Source: Clostridia bacterium
GTDB lineage: Bacteria > Bacillota > Clostridia > Oscillospirales > CAG-382
Reading direction: 5' to 3'
Length of the DNA stretch: 31,541 nt
Assembly (NCBI GenBank): GCA_017560285.1
Contig: JAFYOG010000160.1
Coordinates: 1 to 31,541, forward strand
Each line of letters begins with the position of its first letter. Within the stretch, counting starts at the first letter, position 1. Under the pieces are notes generated by a model. The model worked only from the letters and a program-made list of their open reading frames with translations. It searched no databases and was not told the DNA's origin. Position numbers and translations under genes: made by a program. Positions 17,288 to 24,315 of the stretch are shown here, in pieces.

Positions 17288-17761
17288 TCAAACAAGCATT
17301 TCGAACACACCGTACGCAGTGTAATACAAAGTAAGAATTATTGCACCTGCGGAAACAACGCCGCAAGCAATGGGAAGAAAGCTTTTTCTAAGCTTTAAGC
17401 CAAGGGTTATGGCTATTAACGCCCCTGTCCAAGCACCGGTGCCGGGCAACGGGATTGCCACAAAAAGGAACAAGCCCCAAAACAGCGCTTTTTGCGCGCC
17501 TGACTTCATTTTTGCAACCTTTTTTTCGCCCATTTCCAATATTTTACGGAAGGGCTTGCCGAATTTGGGGAACTTTGCAAGCCAATTTAATACCTTGCCG
17601 CCGAAAATTATTAAAAACGGAACCGGCAATATGTTGCCTATAACCGAAAGCAGGGTTACCGCAACGACGTCGCCGCCGTTTGCCAAGCCGTAAGGGATAG
17701 CCCCGCGAAGCTCGATAATGGGGACCATGCTTATTAAAAACGTTACGATATAATTCAACAT
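17288..17761 (-). CDS. COG2426 / small multidrug export family membrane protein
   Basis: ISMVPIIELRGAIPYG, IGNILPVPFL, FVAIPLPGTGAWTG. Confidence 0.88.
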   Translation of the reverse strand: MLNYIVTFLISMVPIIELRGAIPYGLANGGDVVAVTLLSVIGNILPVPFLIIFGGKVLNWLAKFPKFGKPFRKILEMGEKKVAKMKSGAQKALFWGLFLFVAIPLPGTGAWTGALIAITLGLKLRKSFLPIACGVVSAGAIILTLYYTAYGVFEMLV

Positions 17762-17774
17762 ACTTTATCGCTTA

Positions 17775-19046
17775 TTAAATAGTGTAGGTGCCGAAATATG
17801 CACGCTTTAACAACAAATAATCTCTTGCATCTATTTTGCCGTTGCCGTTAATATCTGCAACAGACATTTGGCACTGAAGCGTATAGGTGCCGAAGTAGGC
17901 ACGCTTTAACAGCAAATAGTCTCTTGCATCTATTTTGCCGTTCATATTTACGTCGCCAACGGTGCCTTTATCGGGGTCGGGATTTAAATCGGGTTCGGGC
18001 TCGGGGCTTTCTTCGGGGTTGTTACCGCCGATAAACACGGGTTCTTCGCCGGGCTCGTAAACAGCAAAAGCGGCGCGTACAAGGTCGTTAATTTCGTTGG
18101 TTCTGCCTGCAGATTCGATGTTGATGTTGTAAATAGAAACCTGCATTCCAAGCTCTACGGTTGCTTTAAAATCGGAATAATCGTCGCTGTTAAGCCGATG
18201 AACGCCTATAAGGAAGCTTCCCTTGGGGATTTTCACCTTGGATTTATCGGTGTTTTTAACGTCTACGTAATCGATAATACCGTCGAGACCCGCAATAAGA
18301 ATTGCATAGTTCTTCATTGCGCTTTGGTTAAATTGATCGTCGCAGAACGCCTTTACGTATTCGCCAACGGTATAATCCTTGCTGGCGGCATAAAAGATAA
18401 CGTTGTTAACGTCGTTACGGTAGCCTGCCACGTGCAAGGGAATTGTATCGGAAGGAACGGGTGCGTTAACCGCGGGCTGAACCGCATAGCGCACGACGAT
18501 ATCCTCTACCTCTGCATCGCAATAGGTTTGCATATCGGAATTATATGCGCGGAAGTTCTTTATTTGGAACTTAATATTGTTTACGCGGCAGGATTTTTTT
18601 ACAAGGAAGGGGATTTTTATAACCAAGGAATCGTTATCTACAAAAGTGCCTGCACCCGAAACCAAATCGCTAAAAGCAAGCGTATATTTTGCGGCAGAGG
18701 TATCCAAGGTGCCCACACCCTCCCAGCTGGCAGGGTTAACGCTTATAAGCTTGGTAAAATCGAAAGCGTCGTTATCGCTGTCGTTTGCCGCCTTGGTAAC
18801 GGGGTCTACCTTGCTTTTTTCGTAATATAAATCGAACTCGATGGCAGAAACGCCGTCGTTTAAGCCAAAGTTAATATCCCGCAGGGATATGGTTACGCTA
18901 ATTTGACGTTCGGGGTTGTAATTTTTAGTAGAATCACCGGTATATACGGTAAAGGATTTTGTGTTATCGAGTTTTGATGCCGAAACCGATATACACAACG
19001 GCAACAGCATAAGCGCCGCCATAATTATTGCCAATAATTTTTTCAT
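17775..19046 (-). CDS. Secreted protein with an N-terminal cohesin-like domain, an unknown middle domain, a Pro/Glu/Asp linker and a C-terminal dockerin
   Basis: Signal peptide; VTISLRDIN..GVSAIEFDLYYEKSKV...FLVK is cohesin-like (moderate support); PEESPEPEPDLNPDPD linker; two canonical dockerin repeats (GDVNMNGKIDARDYLLLKR, ADINGNGKIDARDYLLLKR). Confidence 0.8.
   Translation of the reverse strand: MKKLLAIIMAALMLLPLCISVSASKLDNTKSFTVYTGDSTKNYNPERQISVTISLRDINFGLNDGVSAIEFDLYYEKSKVDPVTKAANDSDNDAFDFTKLISVNPASWEGVGTLDTSAAKYTLAFSDLVSGAGTFVDNDSLVIKIPFLVKKSCRVNNIKFQIKNFRAYNSDMQTYCDAEVEDIVVRYAVQPAVNAPVPSDTIPLHVAGYRNDVNNVIFYAASKDYTVGEYVKAFCDDQFNQSAMKNYAILIAGLDGIIDYVDVKNTDKSKVKIPKGSFLIGVHRLNSDDYSDFKATVELGMQVSIYNINIESAGRTNEINDLVRAAFAVYEPGEEPVFIGGNNPEESPEPEPDLNPDPDKGTVGDVNMNGKIDARDYLLLKRAYFGTYTLQCQMSVADINGNGKIDARDYLLLKRAYFGTYTI
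17782..17942. repeat. 62-bp direct repeat pair encoding the two dockerin segments
   Basis: 17782-17843 versus 17881-17942, 99-bp offset, 57/62 identical by hand alignment. Confidence 0.9.
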
Positions 19047-19112
19047 ACCGAATAGCCTTTCGTTTTTTTATTTTTGTGCCCAATTACAAAAAATCGGCAT
19101 ATACTCGGTTTG

Positions 19113-19141
19113 ATTTTAACAAAATAAACATAAAAGGTCAA
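19113..19141 (-). promoter_or_regulatory. sigmaA-type promoter of the cohesin/dockerin operon
   Basis: Minus strand TTGACC, 17-bp spacer, TAAAAT with extended TGn. Confidence 0.65.
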
Positions 19142-19181
19142 TAGCAACTTTTAATTTTTATCTGTTTTTTACTGTTATTTA

Positions 19182-19210
19182 TTGTAATTTATATTTTTTT
19201 ATAGTATAAT
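19182..19210 (+). promoter_or_regulatory. sigmaA-type promoter of murB-whiA-dnaE
   Basis: TTGTAA (19182-19187), 17-bp spacer, TATAAT (19205-19210). Confidence 0.65.
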
Positions 19211-19251
19211 GACAATGAATTAATTTATCTATTATGGGAGTGTGCGCCTAT

Positions 19252-20115
19252 ATGAACTGCACCTTGCTTGAAAACGCAAATCTGGCACAATATTGCTCGA
19301 TGAAAACCGGCGGCAATGCAAAATACGTAGCGTTGCCTAAAAACGAGGAAGAATTGATATATGCAATAAGCTTTTTCCATCGGTGTAACGAAAAATACGT
19401 GGTTGTGGGAAATTGCTCTAATTTGCTTTTTACCGACGATGGCTTTGACGGCGGGGTTATTATTCTTACCGCAATGCGGGGCATTTCGTTTAAAGACGGA
19501 ATTATTACCGCCAACTGCGGCGAAAGCCTTTCTGCCTTGGCTAAATGCGCCCTTGATAACGGCGTTACCGGTATGGAATTTTGCTACGGCATTCCCGGCA
19601 CCGTAGGCGGCGCAATATATATGAACGCAGGGGCATACGGCGGCGAAATTTGCCAATGCTTTATAAAGGGCAGGTTTTTGGACGAAAGCCTTAATATTGT
19701 TACCCTTTCTAACGAGGAATTGGATTTTTCTTACCGCAACAGCCTTTTGCAACGAAAGAATTTGCTGTTTTTAAGCGGCGAATTTAAGGGTGAAAGCGGA
19801 GATAAAGCCGCTATCCGCGCAAGAATGGACGAACTTATGTCGGCGCGGAAATCCAAGCAGCCCTTGGAATACCCAAGCTGCGGAAGCACCTTTAAGCGCC
19901 CGCCCAACAATTTTGCAGGAGCATTGATAGAGCAATGCGGGCTTAAGGGCTATACCATAGGCGGGGCACAGGTTTCGGAAAAGCACGCAGGGTTCGTTAT
20001 AAATATCGGCAACGCTACCTCGGCAGACGTGCTTAACCTTATGGATTACGTTACCGCAACGGTGCTTGAAAAAACAGGCGTAAAATTAGAGCCGGAAATA
20101 AGAGTGATAAGATAA
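19252..20115 (+). CDS. murB: UDP-N-acetylenolpyruvoylglucosamine reductase
   Basis: VGNCSNLL, GIPGTVGGAIYMNAGAYG, FSYRNS, QPLEYPSCGSTFKRP, VSEKHAGFVIN, LEPEI. ATG 19252 preferred because GGGAG lies upstream; 19234 is the alternative. Confidence 0.95.
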   Translation: MNCTLLENANLAQYCSMKTGGNAKYVALPKNEEELIYAISFFHRCNEKYVVVGNCSNLLFTDDGFDGGVIILTAMRGISFKDGIITANCGESLSALAKCALDNGVTGMEFCYGIPGTVGGAIYMNAGAYGGEICQCFIKGRFLDESLNIVTLSNEELDFSYRNSLLQRKNLLFLSGEFKGESGDKAAIRARMDELMSARKSKQPLEYPSCGSTFKRPPNNFAGALIEQCGLKGYTIGGAQVSEKHAGFVINIGNATSADVLNLMDYVTATVLEKTGVKLEPEIRVIR

Positions 20116-20792
20116 TGTCTTTTTCTTCGGATATAAAGCAACAATTAACCGACGCAGCGCCCAAAAAGCAATGCTGTGCCGATGCGGTAAACGCAGGCAA
20201 GGAGCTTGCTCCCTTTTTGCAAGGCTGCGATAAAGATGCAGGTATGTATTTGCGGGGCGTGTTTTTAAAATACGGCAGTATAAGCGCGCCGGGCAGGAAC
20301 TTTATGCTTTCTTTTTCGTTACCCAACGAGGAAGCCACCCAAACCGTTTTTGATATGCTTTGCGATTGGGGTATGGAGCCGAAGCAATCGGTGCGCCGCG
20401 GGAAGCCGATTATTTATTTTAAAGCCGCCGAAAGCATAGAGGACGTTTTGTCGTTTATGGGCGCTACAAAAGCGGCGTTGGATATTATAAACACCACCAT
20501 TTTAAACGACGTACGAAATAATATGAACCGCATTTGCAACGCCGAAACCGCAAATATGGACCGCACCGCAAAGGCGGCGGCAGAGCAATGCGAGGCTATT
20601 AAGACCATTATAAAATACGGCGCGTTGCAAAACCTGCCTGCCGAGCTTAGAGAATGCGCCGAAATTAGGCTTGCCAACCCCGATATGAGCTTGGCGCAGA
20701 TACGCAACCTGCTAAGCGCGCCGGTTAGTAAATCCGGCTTGAACCACAGGTTCAGAAAGCTTATAGAAATAGCGGAATCATATAACTTTTAA
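20115..20792 (+). CDS. whiA: WhiA family DNA-binding protein, internally shortened (225 aa)
   Basis: MSFSSDIK start, YLRGVFL..GSIS, RNNMNRICNAETAN, C-terminal HTH SLAQI...VSKSGLNHRFRK. Confidence 0.9.
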   Translation: MSFSSDIKQQLTDAAPKKQCCADAVNAGKELAPFLQGCDKDAGMYLRGVFLKYGSISAPGRNFMLSFSLPNEEATQTVFDMLCDWGMEPKQSVRRGKPIIYFKAAESIEDVLSFMGATKAALDIINTTILNDVRNNMNRICNAETANMDRTAKAAAEQCEAIKTIIKYGALQNLPAELRECAEIRLANPDMSLAQIRNLLSAPVSKSGLNHRFRKLIEIAESYNF

Positions 20793-20816
20793 ATTTTTAC
20801 GGAGACGAACGGGTAT

Positions 20817-23800
20817 ATGGGCTTTGTTCATTTACATTTACATACCGAATACAGCCTGCTTGACGGCGAATGCCGTATAAGCCAGATACCCCAACGTCTT
20901 TTGGATATTGGGCAAACCGCCTGCGCCATAACCGACCACGGCGTTATGTACGGCACGGTAGAATTTTTTAAAGCCTGCAAGGCTAACGGCATAAAGCCCA
21001 TTATAGGCTGCGAGGTTTACGTTGCCCCCAGAGGGATGGAGCAAAAGGATAGGCTTTTAGACAGCGATTATTCCCACCTTGTGCTTTTGGCAAAGGATGC
21101 CGAGGGCTATAAAAACCTTGTTTCTATCGTTTCCAAGGCGTTTACGGCAGGCTTTTACCAAAAGCCCCGCACCGATATAGAAACCCTTACCAAGCATTCC
21201 CAAGGGTTAATTGCTCTCTCGGGCTGTATTTCGGGCAGTATCCCCAAGGCTATTCTTGCCAAGGATATGTCGTTAGCGCGGGAACGGATTATTATTTTCA
21301 GCCGCATTTTCGGCAAGGATAATTTTTATTTAGAGCTTCAGCGCCACGGTATAGAGGCGCAGGAGGAGGTTAACCGCGCCTTGGTTAACTTTTCTAAGGA
21401 ATTGGATTTGCCCTTGGTTGCCACCAACGACGTGCATTACACCCAAAGAAGCGATGCTTCGGTGCAAAAGCTGCTTACCGCCATTGCCACCGCAAGCACG
21501 TTGGAGGACAATAAGCTGCAAATGGAAGGCAGCGAGCATTATATTAAAACCGAAGCGGAAATGCGCGCTCTTTTTGCCGACGTTCCCCAAGCGGTTGACA
21601 ACACCGTAAAAATTGCGGATTGCTGTAATTTTGAATTCGATTTCGAAAATATGCATCTTCCCGCCTTCCGTGCGCCTGCACCCTATAATGCAGAAAGCTA
21701 TTTAAAAAAGCTTTGCCAAGAGGGGTTAGCCGATTTGCAGGGCAAGGGCAGGCTTAAGGCAGATATAGCCGAATATACCGCCCGTATGGAATACGAGCTT
21801 TCGGTTATACACAAAATGGGCTTTGACGATTATTTGCTTATCGTATGGGATTTTGTTAACTATGCAAGAACAAAAGGCATTCCCGTTGGCCCCGGCAGAG
21901 GCAGTGCGGTTGGCTGTCTTTGCGCTTACGTGCTTGGAATTACACAGGTTGACCCATTTGAATTCGGTTTAATTTTCGAACGGTTTCTTAACCCCGAAAG
22001 GGTTAGTATGCCTGATATAGATATAGATTTTTGCGACGAACGCCGTTTAGAGGTAATAGATTACGTTACCGAAAAATACGGCAAGGCTCACGTTGCCCAG
22101 ATTATTACCTTTGGTACCCTTGCCTGCCGTATGGCAGTGCGGGATACGGGCAGAGCCTTGGGTATGTCTTATGCCGCCGTTGACGAAATTGCAAAGCTTA
22201 TACCCAAATATAACGGCGTAACCTTGGAAGCCGCATTGGCAGAAAGCCCCGAGTTAAAGCGCCGATATAACGACGACCCCGAGGCAAAGCGGCTGTTGGA
22301 TTTTGCCGCCAAGCTTGAGGGCAGACCCCGCAATTCTTCTACCCACGCAACGGGGGTTGTTATTACCGATAAGCCCCTTACCAACTATCTTCCCTTAGCG
22401 GTTAACGACAGCGCCACCGTAACCCAATTTACAATGAACACCGTTGCCGATTTGGGGTTGCTTAAGATAGACTTTTTGGGGTTGCGCTTTCTATCTATAA
22501 TTCACAACGCAGAGCAGGAAATAAAAAAGACCCACCCCGAATTTTCGGCAGAGGATATACCCTTTAACGACCAAGCCACCTTCGAAATGCTATCTAAAGG
22601 CAAGGCGTTGGGTCTGTTTCAGCTTGAAAGCGAGGGTATGCGCAGGCTGTTAACCAAGCTAAAGCCCAAAAATATCGAGGATATAGTATCGGTAATATCC
22701 CTTTACCGCCCCGGACCTGCGCTTTCCATAGACAGCTTTTTAAAGAACCGTATACGCCCCCAAGAGATAGAATACGCAGATAAAAGGCTTGCCCCCGTTT
22801 TGGATACCACCTGCGGTGTTATTCTTTACCAAGAGCAGGTTATGCAAATCTGCCGCAGCTTGGCGGGCTATTCCTACGGCAGAGCCGACCTTGTGCGCCG
22901 TGCCATGGCAAAAAAGAAGGCAGACGCCATGGAAAAGGAAAAGGATATTTTTATAAACGGTGCCACCCAAAACGGTGTGAGCAAGGAGGTTGCGGTTGAA
23001 ATTTTCGACCGTATGAGCGAATTTGCAAAATATGCCTTTAACAAAAGCCACGCCGCGGCCTATGCCGTTGTTTCTTACAAAACCGCATATCTTAAATGCC
23101 ATTACCCCATAGAATATATGTGCTCGTTGCTTAGCACGGTTATGGGAAGGCAGGATAAGGTTCAGGAATATATCGACGATTGCGCCGATATGGGCATAAA
23201 GCTTTTGCCCCCCGACGTTAACCGCAGCTTTGGCGATTTTGCCGCCGAGGGCAGTAATATACGCTTTGGGCTTGCGGCGATAAAGAATGTGGGCGGATTA
23301 TTTGCCCAACGGGTTATTGACCAAAGAACCCGAAAGCCCTTTAGAAGCATAGAGGATTTTTTAGAGCGTTGCTCGCAATACGGCAGTGTAAAATCCTTCG
23401 AATCGCTTATTACCGCAGGTGCATTGGATTGCTTTGGGCTAAAGCGAAGCCATATGCTGGCGGGGATTTCTGCCGCGCTGGACGACGTTTCAAAAAACCG
23501 CAACCGCAATTCCGAGGGGCAGTTAAGCCTTTTCGGCGGCGACAGCGGAATAGAGGAAAGCGCATTTATGTTCCCGAAATGCGACCTGCCGGAGCTTTAT
23601 AAAAGCCAGATGCTTTCGGGCGAAAAGGAAATGACAGGGCTTTATTTTTCGGGGCACCCATTAGACGGCTACGGCGATATTCAGCAAAAAATAGGTGCAA
23701 CCAACACCAAAGAGCTGTTTAATTTGCTTTCGGAAGACAAAATTTCGAAAAAAGATTTAATAAAAATTATCGGTCTTGTAACAAAAAAGCGGCAGAAGGT

Positions 23801-24290
23801 TACAAAAAAGAATGATATAATGGCGTTTGTAACCGTAGAGGACGAATTCGGCAAGGCGGATATAGTTGTGTTCCCCACCCTTTACGCGCAAATAGGCGGG
23901 CTTATTACCGAAAACAGCGTTTTGGTGTTTACGGGCAACGCCGAGCTTAAAGAGGGCTACAGCGAAAGCGGCGAGGATGCAGAGGATACGGTTACCCTGC
24001 TGGCAAAATCGGTTTTAACCCCACAGCAGGCAGAAAAGGATTTGGCAACCCAAGACATACCCGATGAAAACGAAAAATCCCTTTATATAAAGGTTACCGA
24101 GGAAAACGCCTTCCGTCTTGACGATGCGTTGGCGCTGGCGGCGGCGACCAAGGGCGGCGCAAAGATTTTGGTTTATTTCGAAGCCGAAAAGAAATTGCGC
24201 TTAGCCACAGGCAAGCTTGCCCGTATTGACGAAAGGCTTTTGGCACAGCTAAAGGCTGTTATGGGCGACGGAAATATAGCGGTAAAATAA
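20817..24290 (+). CDS. dnaE: DNA polymerase III alpha subunit
   Basis: PHP domain HLHLHTEYSLLDG and AITDHG, GPGRGSAVG, FERFLNPERVSMPDIDIDF, GLLKIDFLGL, FAKYAFNKSHAAAY, OB-fold MAFVTVED. No intein-sized insertion. Confidence 0.98.
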   Translation: MGFVHLHLHTEYSLLDGECRISQIPQRLLDIGQTACAITDHGVMYGTVEFFKACKANGIKPIIGCEVYVAPRGMEQKDRLLDSDYSHLVLLAKDAEGYKNLVSIVSKAFTAGFYQKPRTDIETLTKHSQGLIALSGCISGSIPKAILAKDMSLARERIIIFSRIFGKDNFYLELQRHGIEAQEEVNRALVNFSKELDLPLVATNDVHYTQRSDASVQKLLTAIATASTLEDNKLQMEGSEHYIKTEAEMRALFADVPQAVDNTVKIADCCNFEFDFENMHLPAFRAPAPYNAESYLKKLCQEGLADLQGKGRLKADIAEYTARMEYELSVIHKMGFDDYLLIVWDFVNYARTKGIPVGPGRGSAVGCLCAYVLGITQVDPFEFGLIFERFLNPERVSMPDIDIDFCDERRLEVIDYVTEKYGKAHVAQIITFGTLACRMAVRDTGRALGMSYAAVDEIAKLIPKYNGVTLEAALAESPELKRRYNDDPEAKRLLDFAAKLEGRPRNSSTHATGVVITDKPLTNYLPLAVNDSATVTQFTMNTVADLGLLKIDFLGLRFLSIIHNAEQEIKKTHPEFSAEDIPFNDQATFEMLSKGKALGLFQLESEGMRRLLTKLKPKNIEDIVSVISLYRPGPALSIDSFLKNRIRPQEIEYADKRLAPVLDTTCGVILYQEQVMQICRSLAGYSYGRADLVRRAMAKKKADAMEKEKDIFINGATQNGVSKEVAVEIFDRMSEFAKYAFNKSHAAAYAVVSYKTAYLKCHYPIEYMCSLLSTVMGRQDKVQEYIDDCADMGIKLLPPDVNRSFGDFAAEGSNIRFGLAAIKNVGGLFAQRVIDQRTRKPFRSIEDFLERCSQYGSVKSFESLITAGALDCFGLKRSHMLAGISAALDDVSKNRNRNSEGQLSLFGGDSGIEESAFMFPKCDLPELYKSQMLSGEKEMTGLYFSGHPLDGYGDIQQKIGATNTKELFNLLSEDKISKKDLIKIIGLVTKKRQKVTKKNDIMAFVTVEDEFGKADIVVFPTLYAQIGGLITENSVLVFTGNAELKEGYSESGEDAEDTVTLLAKSVLTPQQAEKDLATQDIPDENEKSLYIKVTEENAFRLDDALALAAATKGGAKILVYFEAEKKLRLATGKLARIDERLLAQLKAVMGDGNIAVK

Positions 24291-24315
24291 CCCGATTCCG
24301 AAAGGAGTTATAAAT

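Noticed and set aside
18198-18830. 210-aa plus-strand ORF
   Set aside because: Antisense shadow of the cohesin/dockerin gene.
20817-24290. Intein or group II intron in dnaE
   Set aside because: Length (1157 aa) and continuous motifs are normal.
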